A stretch of 64,000 nucleotides of DNA, from NCBI RefSeq assembly GCF_001194135.2, contig NC_068982.1, positions 152,617,670 to 152,681,669 of the forward strand, in the 5' to 3' direction. The notes below the pieces were generated by a model. The model saw only the letters and a program-made list of their open reading frames with translations, was not told the DNA's origin and ran no database searches. The translations under genes were made by a program, and so were the position numbers. Numbering within the stretch: the first letter of the stretch is position 1; the number at the start of each line of letters is the position of its first letter. The DNA comes from Octopus bimaculoides (taxonomy: Eukaryota). This document shows, piece by piece, positions 29,074 through 40,512 of this stretch.

Positions 29074-30378
29074 CATTAGGTTGTCAAGAAAGTTCTTGCG
29101 GAATTTTAAATTTTGGTTGTAAATGATGTATTTTCAAATTAATTTTCATTAAATTACCTTCACTTTATATATTTTAAAACCCGTTTTTCGCTCTATCTAA
29201 TCGTGTTACTCTTTTTCTTTTGAAATAATTAGGCCATTTTTTTCAAGAACGTTGAATACAACATGGACAAAAAGCAAATTCGCACAATTTTCTTATTCCA
29301 GTTCAAGCTAGTCCGAAAAACTGCTGAAAACAACTCGCGATATCAACAATGCGTTTGGCCGAAGAACCACTAATGAACGTACAGCACAATGGTGGTTCAA
29401 GAAATTTCGTAGCGGTGACGAGAGTCCTGAAGATGATGAGCGTAGTGGTCGGCCATCGGATGTTGACAACGATCAACTAAGAGCCTTAGTCGAAGCCAAT
29501 CCACGCACAACTGTTCGAGAGCTTGCTTCTGAATTAGACGTAACGTATACGACAATTTCCAAGCACTTGCAANNNNNNNNNNNNNNNNNNNNNNNNNNNN
29601 NNNNNNNNNNNNNNNNNNNNNNNNNNNNNNNNNNNNNNNNNNNNNNNNNNNNNNNNNNNNNNNNNNNNNNNNNNNNNAAAGAAAAACACCGTTTTGAAGT
29701 GTCGACTTTCCCTTTACGCAACAAAAACGAACCGTTTCTCGACCGGATTGTGACTTGCGATGAAAAGTGGATTCTTTACGACAACCGGCGACGCTCAGCT
29801 CAATGGTTGGATGCCGACGAAGCTCCACGGCACTTCCCGAAGCCAAAGTTACACCAAAAGAAGGTCACGGTGACTGTTTGGTGGTTTGCAACCGGTCTCA
29901 TCCATCACACCTTTCTGGATTCAGGCGAAACCATTACGGCGAAGTACTGCCAGAAAATGGATGAAATGCATTAGAAACTCCAACAACAACAGCCAGCATT
30001 GGTCAATAGAAAAGGACCAATTCTTCTCCACGACAACGCTCGGCCGCACGGTCACACAACTGACTCTGTAGAAGCTGAAGGAATTGGGCTACGAAACTAT
30101 TCCTCACCCGTCATACTCACCAGACCTCTCACCTACCGGCAACCAGTTTTTCAAGCATCTCGACAACTTCCTGCGTGTGAAATGCTTCAAAAACTAAGAC
30201 GATGCCAAACATGCCTCAATGACTTCATCGCCACCAGAACGCAGGATTTTTACGCGTTGACAAAAGTGTGTTTATTCTGACGGTGTTTATTTCGATTTAT
30301 AAAGTTTTGTTTGAGTCGAGATATGTGCATCTGAATTTAAAGGTTAAAGATCGCAAGAACTTTCCTGACAACCTAATG
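29074..30378 (+). mobile_element. Full-length (~1.3 kb) mariner, cecropia/Hsmar1-like
   Basis: 28-bp TIR CATTAGGTTGTCA(A/G)GAAAGTTCTTGCG at both ends with 1 mismatch. TA at 29072-29073 and 30379-30380. Contains an assembly gap. Confidence 0.96.
29263..30302 (+). pseudogene. Hsmar1-like mariner transposase pseudogene
   Basis: [101 protein letters not shown]. Frameshifts, a stop at 29972-29974, and the third catalytic Asp read as Gly. Confidence 0.93.
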
Positions 30379-31089
30379 TATATATATATCAAAAACAGGG
30401 TTTTGGAAAATTTTTGGCAGTGTTTACTCACTATTGTATGTTTCATTCGTTAATAGGAGTTACAAATTCACACATGCAGTAGAAAGAAGACGTGCTTTAA
30501 GATTTTAATTTCATCTATACACACACATATATATGTAAATATCTTTATATAAATGCATATGTGTGTATGGCGTGCTCTCTCATCATAACTATATATACAT
30601 TATCATCATCTTTATCCTAAATGCCTATATACATTGTGCTCTGTCTGCATATATGTATGATACTGCTCTCTTTCAGTATATCTATGTATATTGTTCTCTG
30701 TCTTCACTTCTTTATGTCTACTGTATTGTGTACAGATATTTGCATACGCGTGAGTATATATATATATATATACTGTTCCATATTTATAGCTACGTACACA
30801 TTATGCTGTGACTTAAAATAAGTTGCATTATAAATAATCCACAAATAATCTTCATCCAGTTAACCGTCAGGAGTATAATAAACCGCTTCGAGGACTTCAC
30901 TTAATGCCTCATGTCTGACTGGCTGTAAACAATGTCTAGATGTACATTATAAACCAACAATTTCGAAGCTGTATTTTCTTTGTATCTCAACAAAAAATAC
31001 AAATTTATTTTTTAAATCTCATTTCATTTCTGTAATTAGACAATGGAATCCATGCACCGTAAGAATGTATGTCTAATAGGTTTGCTGTA

Positions 31090-31240
31090 TAGGTCAGATG
31101 ATCGCTTCGCAACTATGCGGGTTTAGATTCAAAAGCACTGCACAACAACTTGGACAAGTGTTTTCTGCCATGACTTCTGATCGACCGAAGCAAGCGTTGT
31201 AAATTAAATTTAATTGATAGAAATTTGATAAACAGTGCGT
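31090..31240 (+). mobile_element. Decayed family-C SINE head and CORE-like remnant
   Basis: CTTGGACAAGTGTTTTCTGCCATG matches CTTGGGCAAGTGTCTTCTACTATAG of better-preserved copies. Confidence 0.45.
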
Positions 31241-31479
31241 CTTCTCTTGTTCCTGAATGGCGTATTTAAGCTATAGGTTAACACTGCCACCTAATATCAA
31301 TTGCATTTATCAGAGTTATTTCACTTATATTCCGTGACATGCCCTAAATAATCTTGGAGATACGAAGAAAGCTTAAAGGTGTTACTTTTCTCCATTTAAA
31401 TAATAAGCTAGCATGAGGCTAAATGAGGCCCAACTAACAAAGACGACCTTAACTGTTAGTTGGATAGACTACAAGAAAT

Positions 31480-32570
31480 CTTATGATATTGTTCTATACT
31501 GTTGACTATTGGAGTATCTGAGAACGCGCGGGATCAATGAAAAAGACTTGAGATCGTGGAAAGTAGAAATAACATGCACAAATGGATCGTTAGGAAACGA
31601 GAAAATACGTAGGGGATATTTCAGGGAAACTTGTCTTCATTATGTTTTGTCATTACGTATATTCATAGGCCTGCCTATGATTTGCCAAAACTAAGGCGAA
31701 AATTAATCATAGAAAAATGAAAAAAAATCTGAATATATAAAACAGTCAGAATAGTTAGATAAAGTGATAAAGTTTGGGATAAATAAGTATGCAATATTAA
31801 TTATGGAGAGAAGCCAAAAGGTCAATTCTAGTGGTATACATTTACAACAAGAGGATATCATAAGCTTACTGAGAAATAATGAGAGATACATGTACCTTGT
31901 AATGCTGAAGGACGAGAGGATAAGGTGGAAGGAGAAATGAGAGAAAATCTCCAAAGAATATAACGGAACAGTTAGGAAAGTGCTCGAAACAAAATTAAAT
32001 GTTGGAAATATTATCAAAGCAATGAATACATGATCGGTACCACTATTAAGACACTCAGTATCTTCTCTAAAACAGAGTGGCAGGAATTAGATAGAACTGG
32101 AAAACTGCTTCCAATGCACAGCGCGCCCCATTTTGAAAGTAATATCGAGAAGTTCTTCGGACCAAGAAAGGAATGAGGCAGACATTTTTTAAACGCAGAA
32201 GACATAATAGGTACTACGATATTGGGTTTCAAAAAACTATGTTTTTACGTAGCGAAGAAAGGATACTATCGGCGGCTAGAAATATTCAAAGCGTTACTGA
32301 AGAAGTAGGATAATTCAAGAACAAAAGGAAGAACAGGACAAACAACTGGAAATAGAAGGAATTGCATGAACAATTCATGCTACATCTCGGATGCTGGAAG
32401 TAAATACTATTTATTGTGGCTGAGGTGTGGGAACCTGGATCAAGAAACCGAATAGCTAGTTATTATGCAGATATTTACAGCAAATTATATCGTCACCACA
32501 CTGCTAACATAATGATGGTTTTGATGTATATTGCATTTAACTTCATTAAATTATTTGATGTTTCACATCA
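31480..32570 (+). pseudogene. R4/Dong-type non-LTR retrotransposon RT/thumb remnant
   Basis: With frameshifts: RRG.FQG (RRGIFQGDSLSP), KFGINKYAILIM, VRKVLETKLNVGNIIKAMNT, KLLPMHSAPHFESNIEKFFGPRKE*GR (KLLTMHxALHPKSDxDRLYLPRKEGGRG), WLRCGNLDQETE. Confidence 0.8.
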
Positions 32571-34275
32571 TGTTGCACATAACGCGAATATCTATGTCTA
32601 TACACAATTTTATGGATATTAAAGAGACAACCGAGTTGAGCTCAATGTATTTAGATACCTGTTTTATCAATGAGGAAGCTGTATACGTGGTCATACGATC
32701 TGCTAAAAATAGCAGTCAGATTTCTCTAAAATCACACTTCACCGCTTTACAAACAGAAAGATACACATTAAATAATATTTACCGAAATATCACGAACAAA
32801 GACTGTATGGCCATTGCTGGAATCATTTTGGTCATATTTCATTTCTATGAGAATTGGCCTTGACCTAAATGACAACGTGAAGGATTGAAGTACAAAACCA
32901 CGCGTCATGTGGTCTGAATTCCGAATTTTATGCATTCAGCTATTTCTGTAAAATGCTTGTCTATCTACAACAACCTAAACAATATAATTTGCATTTCGGA
33001 AAACAGGTGAAATTAAACGAAAATGTGTATAACCGTGTGCATGTATGTGTTTTAATGATTCTATTTGCAATCGCTGGAAAGTGAATATACAGCCGAATAC
33101 GAAATCAATACAATTAAACGTAAGCATAATATTAAGAGAGGGAACAATACATTTTAGAGATTCTCTCTGGTTCAGTTGGTGCAGCCTGTGATATTGAAAG
33201 TGTCAACAAAATTTCATCTTCATAAACAAGTTCCGTAATCTAGAAAGAGCAATCATATACTACATATGTTGCATCATAAAATATTTTTATCAATAGCCTA
33301 CATTTCGTCATATCTAAATACATTTGACAAAACTATATGACTAGTATGAAAACAAACCAGAATCATAGCAAGGCAATATATACCAAGGAAACGTATAGCG
33401 TCAAATTCTAGGGTAATAACAAAATAATTTACAACCGAGTAATAAGATAAAAACCTACACATTTTCTGAAAAACAAACAGGAAAACGAAATAAAGTTACA
33501 CAGAAGGCGACAGTGAAGAGTAAGAATAAACGGAAAGGAAAAAAACTGGAAGAAACTGAAGAAAAAAGAAAAGCAAAAAACAAAAACAAAATGCATATGT
33601 GTGTGAGTGTGTGTGAGTGTGTGTATGTATATGTGTCATCGCGCGTGTGTGTGCGTGTGTTTCTCTCTTTTTCTCTATATACACACGCACGAAAACATGC
33701 ACACATATAAATACATTGACGTACATGCAACTATAACAAGGTTTGTACATACAAACCAACACAGAAACGTAAGCAATGCACAAATATACACACAAACACA
33801 CACATACTACAATGACTCATTCTTACGAATTTATAGAAAACCCCATATACACTCAGACGGCATAAATACACACACACGCACACTCGTAATTACAAATAGA
33901 CACATACACACAACAACCCACCCACTCACACACACACATGCACACCCACATACGCACGCACGTACACACACACACACACACCCGCAGTAAGACTAAAGCG
34001 AAGATAAACACATTTGAAATAGAATTCACCGAAAAGAAAATATATTTCTTTAATTAATTGAATTTCTTTCTTCTAAGGTAGTTTCGTTAATGTTGATGAT
34101 TGCAAATGGAATGATTTCACTGAGAAAAGACATTCTCTTCATTTTGTGAATCATAGAATATCTCTTTGCACCACCACACAACACAATTTACAATCAGGCA
34201 CGTGGTATCGAATTCTTTCTTATTTTTTTTTTACCCCAGCATTCTTTATTGCAATATTTTTACTATTGCCATCAA

Positions 34276-34450
34276 TAACGATGCTGACTGACTGTTTGCT
34301 CTTAGCTTTAGTGATTTATTGCTGAAAGTGGTTCATTGTACAGTGAAACAATAGAAAGGTAAATATAAATGAAAATATAAGACAACAAGCAAAGCATCAG
34401 CGTAAACAATGGAATTGAACAGTGAATAACGGTAGAAAACAATACGATAG
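34276..34450 (+). repeat. 175-bp direct repeat, copy 1
   Basis: Matches 39538-39713 except for one substitution and a 1-bp indel. Confidence 0.95.
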
Positions 34451-34654
34451 TATATTGGGGAGACAGAAATAAAAATGCGTTTTACGTTACATCTCTTATA
34501 TTTTTTCTTTCGCAGACAATGTACTTCAGTCAGTGACATAAAATACTCAATACTCAACATACAGTCTGTGCATACATACAAACATACATAATACTTACAT
34601 ACATATTTCTACATACATACATACATACATATATGTACATATACACACACATAC

Positions 34655-34709
<55 letters not shown>

Positions 34710-34846
34710 TAGATACATGCATGATACATGTACCCTTACATATAGGCACACATGCACATAGTCGCACACAGTTTTATGTGTATACATAAAACTATGTCTA
34801 CAGCTATATACATATTTATATAATGTTTATGTATATATATAATGTT

Positions 34847-34894
<48 letters not shown>

Positions 34895-35789
34895 GGTGCC
34901 CCAGCATGGCCACAGCTTATGAGCTGAAACTGGATTAAATGAAAATGAAAATATATATATATACATACACATACATACATACATATATACATACATACAT
35001 ACATACGTGTGGATCGTTGGCGTTTTTTTACTTTCGACTTCCTTTTCTCTTGGACTTTCCTCTGTTTCCTGATTCTGAAGAGCTTTGCTCGAGTCGAGAC
35101 TTAAAACTACCTTTCTTTCCTTCCCTGAGCGTCTGTTAATACTTTGCATGTACCACGTCCTCGCGTTTTTGTTTTTCTTTCTTGTGTTTTTTTCTTCGCT
35201 TTTTTGGATTATATATATATATATATATCTATATATATATTTATAATTTCATGCACACAGGCTCACATATATGATATGACCATAGTAGTCTCTCGTTGTT
35301 GATGGTCTAGCAATTTCTTGCTGAACAACCTACACAAAGGATTAGTTTATAGTAGTCAAATGCCTGTGCTGTGCATTATCCCAGTCTTTCCACCAAAAGA
35401 GGAGACAATCTCAAGATTTAAGAATTCTTTAATATTGTCATGCTAATAAAGGAAAGGGCAAGTTTAATGTCTGCAGATAAGAGGACACTCCTCGAGACGG
35501 GTTTCTGGTTCAATAGCCATCATCAGCACAATAAATTACGACAATTTATAAATGTTTTCTACTCTGTTTTCTATACACGCCTAGGTCTTTTAGCTGCTTC
35601 AGATAAGACAGTCCAATTGTCGTGCTGACAACGGTGATTGACTCAGACGAGAGTGTCTTTGACTGTCTTCTTACTTCCAGAATATAAACTTACCTTTTTC
35701 CAGAATGGCATATACATATATCTATGTGTGTGTGTCTGTTTGTCGATGTTTGTCCGCCCACTTATTTCTTTGGTGGCGGAAACTAGGGT

Positions 35790-35940
35790 TCTTTCTGTCT
35801 ACCAAATCCATTCACAAGGATTTGGTAAGCCTGAGAGGATATAGCAGAAGACATTCGCCCAAGTTGCCTCGCACTGTGACTGAATGCAGAACCATGTAGT
35901 CAAGAAGCAAACTTTTCTTAACACGCTGCCACGCCTGCGC
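35790..35940 (-). mobile_element. 5' half of a family-C SINE
   Basis: TCTACCAAATCCATTCACAAGG..ATAGCAGAAGACA..GCCCAAG..AACCATGT..AGAAGCAAACTT is the reverse complement of the family-C head. Confidence 0.75.
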
Positions 35941-35949
35941 TTACATATA

Positions 35950-35983
35950 TATCAGGCCATCCCATAAGTTCCGTCCGGATTTT
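35950..35983 (+). mobile_element. Orphan mariner-type TIR directly upstream of the palindrome
   Basis: TATCAGGCCATCCCATAAGTTCCGTCCGGATTTT resembles the TIRs at 304 and 491. Confidence 0.5.
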
Positions 35984-36022
35984 GTATAAAGAAAACAAGT
36001 GATGATTTAGAGTGGTTCGACG

Positions 36023-36274
36023 ATTTAGCGTCTATTTTCAGCGTATAGGCATGGTACCCTCAGTGCCCTTAATTATAAATGTATTTTATAATATTATAAA
36101 TCTCTGTATACATATATACAGAGATTTATAATAGTTTAAAATACAATATATTGCATTTTATACTATTATAAACCTCTCTCTATACGTATACAGAGATTTA
36201 CAATAGTTTAAGATATAGTTATAATTAAGGGCACTGAGGGTACCATGCCTATACGCTGAAAATAGACGCTAAAT
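36023..36274. repeat. Nested palindrome (foldback-like) with perfect 56-bp arms
   Basis: 36023-36078 is the exact reverse complement of 36219-36274. The interior is four ~35-bp units in alternating orientation. Confidence 0.95.
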
Positions 36275-36929
36275 TGTCTTACTCGATTATGGCAGAGCTC
36301 GTCGGTACTATACCAACGCGCCAAGCGGGAACACGGGGGATCACTCAGCAACATAGAAGTAAAAATATTGTCCACACATAGAACGGACAAATTACGGAAG
36401 CTACACACATAATAGAAGATAAACTAACACACACCCACATCACAACCTGATGACAGAATAAGATCCCCAGAAATTAGTAATAATATGAAACTAATAATAA
36501 TATTAAACTAATACAATAGATAGATAAATAAATGGAATTAAGTAATTAAATACATAAAATATAATAAATTAATACGCAAAAAAGAACAGATAAGTAGATA
36601 AAAACAAATAAATAAAACAAATAAAATAAAATGAACGTGAATAAACAGGGGATGCTGATAATGCAAACATAGACACACAGAGGGATATACGCATACGCAA
36701 ATAAAGACACATACAGCAGGAACAAAAAATGGAAGACCGTTAGGAATGAGAGACACAAAAGAGAAAGATAAAAGATAAAATATACAAATTTAGCCAATGA
36801 AAACACACGCACTATTTATTTGGAGTTCTTTTGCTTCAGCTTTATTTCATATTGATTATATTTCGGCCAGAGTTCTTTCGTCGCACTTCTGTGACCTCAT
36901 GAGTGGTCCTTTGCTTTCTTCACGAATAG

Positions 36930-37280
36930 TCAAGAGGGAAGGTGAAAGAATATATAAAATACTCTTAAGTACGAAATGGCCCGAATATGAAAAATGAAGA
37001 CGATGAAGATAGTGCTAATTATTGTTGGGCCCTTGAGGACAGTAATAGAAGACATCAAGAGGAATATAAAGGAAATTGGAATAGAGTGCTGAGTAGAACT
37101 GTTACAAAAGTTTTACCTCCTTGGCACGGTCAGAATAATAAGGAAAGTATTAGATATTTGAAAAGAAGAGATAACATGGTATCGTAGACTGCAGGTAGTC
37201 AGCCTGCTACGCATGCAAGGTTCCACGAGTTCCAACAAAACCTGAGATACAAAGAATAAAAATAATAATTATGATGATGA
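36930..37280 (+). mobile_element. 3' end of an R4/Dong-type non-LTR element with 3' UTR and AAT-rich tail
   Basis: IVLIIVGPLRTVIEDIKRNIKEIGIEC*VELLQKFYLLGTVRIIRKVLDI* matches the VPIIVGALG...LQKxxLLGTARILRKVL terminus. Ends in AATAAAAATAATAATTATGATGAT. Confidence 0.8.
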
Positions 37281-37316
37281 TAATGATATATATAGCTGCA
37301 TGCACATATATACATA

Positions 37317-37359
<43 letters not shown>

Positions 37360-37474
37360 NNNNNNNNNNNNNNNNNNNNNNNNNNNNNNNNNNNNNNNNN
37401 NNNNNNNNNNNNNNNNNNNNNNNNNNNNNNNNNNNNNNNNNNNNNNNNNNNNNNNNNNNNNNNNNNNNNNNNNN

Positions 37475-37524
<50 letters not shown>

Positions 37525-37759
37525 TGTGTTATAACTGCTGTCGTGATAGCTGCCAAACAAAAATGAAAGTCATTACACATTCGATCAAAGCCGTTTCAAT
37601 ATATCGCGATTCAGTTCATTGAAATATTTACATACACCAATGAACATTTTAAGTCTAATGCTCCAAGGGCAATTTTGTTCTATTTTAACTGAATGTAATC
37701 AGCTAACAACGTCTAAGATATGTTTGTCCTCATTTTAACCACACCGATATCCATTTGAA

Positions 37760-38760
37760 ATAGAAAGAATATCATTTCATATTATTATCCATTCCCGAAG
37801 AGTCATCTGCAGTATCTTGTACGATTATCATTAATAAGCTTAATGATATAGCAGAACGATTCATGTAATTCATCGAATTGCCTGGAGCAAGAGCAGAAAA
37901 CCTTTTTTAGATTTGCCAATGACTTTATGTTACAAGGGAGCAGGCATCAAGTCGGGTGAAATATGTGGTCACAAAGACTGGGAAGTTGATCCAAATGCAA
38001 TCGGTACACAATGCTGCGCACATAATTTAAATTTGGCTGAATTCATGTGATAAGTACCAGTAGTAAAACCAAAGTATATGTTTGAAATCTGGAATGTTTT
38101 TCTCTAATTCTGTACCTCTTCTTCAGTACTAAATGAACAACGTAAAGAACAACGCAGTCAGAGCAAATATTTTGCACCGCGTCTAAAAAGCTGCTTTGTT
38201 ATAGACGCCCGGGGGAATTCAGTAGTAAAGGAAGTGTTGCAGAATTTCCTTAGAACTAGTAGTTGCTCTGAAATGAATCTGGATGCTGAGTTACAAAACT
38301 AATCAGCTTACCGAGGCAAAGTATATAATAGAAACACGCTGTTCTTATGAATTCTTGTTCTTATATTCTGGAGCAAAATGCGAAAGAAGACTTTTAATTT
38401 ATATAATTACAGAAAAATAGTCTAATTATATTGATGGCTTCTCGTTTGATTTGGCTCTTGAAAGACGATGTGAAAGATATGTGAAATATCTAGAAATGTA
38501 CATTGAAACATATTGAAAAAGGAAGTATTTAGATTGTCTCGAAAATGTGATAATATAGAATAGAAACTGCACAGAGAACACAAAACAAAAAGATTCCAGG
38601 ATGAAATTGCAAAGGCTAAAGGAAATATATGGTGCTTGTAAGAAATATTCAGTTGAATTCTACTGAATGTCCTTAGATTTTATTATAAGTAGTACAGGAA
38701 AAATTTTCGTTTAGTTTAAACACGTAACGTTGTTAATTAGTGTTCTAGATGCAAAACATT
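37760..38760 (+). pseudogene. Decayed hAT-superfamily transposase (ZMYM1/ZBED-like)
   Basis: ERFM*FIELPGARAEN (ERFLxF...GExL), QCCAHNLNLA (HCxAHxLNL), RLKSCFVIDARGNSVVK (LKxLxxTRW...AV), YEFLFL, all in the expected order. Confidence 0.55.
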
Positions 38761-39537
38761 TTAAATGTGCAGATAATGTGGACAAATGAGTACATTTTAG
38801 CAGATGTGTTCTCCTGTATTATTCGCTGTCAAACTGAAATTGTAGAAGCGTTTTGTACATTGAACATCATATACAAAGAAATAACGCGCACTGGCAGTAA
38901 AGCAAATACAGGTGACACAAAAATGAACATCAGCAATGTACTGAAATTCATGATCCACCATGGCATTGATTCCATTTGTTTTCGTTTGCCCACACTCTAC
39001 CATATTTTTCGACCTTACCAATAAATAATGCAGTTTCAGAACGAGCGTTTTATCAGCTAAAAGCCTATGTTTGATAAAATATTTTTGATAATGTTTGATA
39101 AAATATTTCCCGGTTGCCTTTGCTCTCTATATAATGAGACTTGATGGTTTCTGAAACGAATTATCTTAAATAGATAACTGCTAAAATAAAGCCAGATGAA
39201 GAAGACTGTTGTAGTTCCTCCATATATATTCCCATTGACTTGTTTTGTTTTCATTTTAGGTTTTAAATTAAGTTATGTTTTAAATTAATATTAAAATAAT
39301 CAAATAACGTTTTTATTTTTAGAAATTTATGAGCTTCACATCAGAATCTGGTTAGACCATTGTCCAGGTTCTTGCTTGTGTGCTTTCAAAATCCCGCTGA
39401 TATAACAAAATAAGTCACGTTAGGTTGAAATTAGTTCTAAATTAAAATCTGTACATGAGGCAGAGCTCTGTGTCCCCTCTGAATTATCTATATTAGCAAC
39501 GTATAGCTTAAAATATGCGTGATGGAATTATAAGGTC

Positions 39538-39713
39538 TAACGATGCTGACTGACTGTTTGCTCTTAGCTTTAGTGATTTAATGCTGAAAGTGGTTCATTG
39601 TACAGTGAAACAATAGAAAGGTAAATATAAATGAAAATATAAGACAACAAGCAAAGCATCAGCGTAAACAATGGAATTGAACAGTGAATAACGGTAGCAA
39701 AACAATACGATAG
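39538..39713 (+). repeat. 175-bp direct repeat, copy 2
   Basis: Matches 34276-34450. Confidence 0.95.
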
Positions 39714-39719
39714 CTATGT

Positions 39720-40200
39720 CTGTCGGTGTTAAACTATTCTGAAAAAAGCTCTTCCAGGATTTTGCTTCGTTTAGTAGTATGAGTAAACGTGATGAAATTG
39801 CCATAACGTCCACTATTGCACGCGAAGATCATGGCACTCTGGTCTCTTGGACATATATCGTTGACTTCCTCTAAAACAAGATGAACAAATGCAAACTTTT
39901 CTGAGCTCTGTCCCAGAATATAAATGTTAAGGTCATCTTGAAAATGCTCATAAAATTATGAAAATAATTTCTTTTGAGGCATATTCATCTAGCACAACCT
40001 CTCCAATAGCATGTTGCCATACATAGAAATTAATTTACAAGGTAAAAAACATATCGGCAGTTGCCCGATTTAAAGTCTATCACTTAGTCTACCAATACTC
40101 TTAGTGTTGTCCTTTGTGTTACAAGCAATAAGCTAAGGGATCCCTTTAAAGAACATTTTTCCTTCCTCCAGCTACTCTCGAAGGCACTAAAAAGGATCAC
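39720..40200 (-). pseudogene. Possible RTE-type LINE endonuclease remnant
   Basis: Minus-strand fragments DFKSG (GDFNARVG), GNMLLERLC (NGxLLLxxC) and TRVP*S...SSRL (TRVMRSAxCxTDH..SRL). Weak. Confidence 0.35.
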
Positions 40201-40377
40201 CTTACAAAGCTATAAAAGATTGTCTGATGTTTTCCAGAAAGTGTTTTCATTCTGAAGTGGTACCTAAAAAAAGAAACGTAATATCATGTTGCATGAGTTT
40301 CAGGCAAATGTACATTAACATTAAAACACGACATTAAGCGTGAATGTGCCACAAACAGAAATATGACTGCGAAAGAC

Positions 40378-40380
<3 letters not shown>

Positions 40381-40446
<66 letters not shown>

Positions 40447-40512
40447 GAGAGAGATAAAAGAGAGAGAGAATGGAGAGGAGAGAGAATGCGGAGGGAGGGA
40501 GAGAGAGAGATA
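40381..40512. repeat. (GA)n homopurine tract
   Basis: Seen directly. Confidence 0.95.

Noticed and set aside
29263-30302. Domesticated SETMAR-like gene
   Set aside because: Both TIRs and the TA TSD are present, the ORF has stops and frameshifts, and no SET-domain exon is seen nearby; it is a dead transposon copy.
38127-38302. Strong-looking acceptor followed by a 57-codon open frame
   Set aside because: Better explained as residual reading frame of the decayed hAT transposase that spans it.
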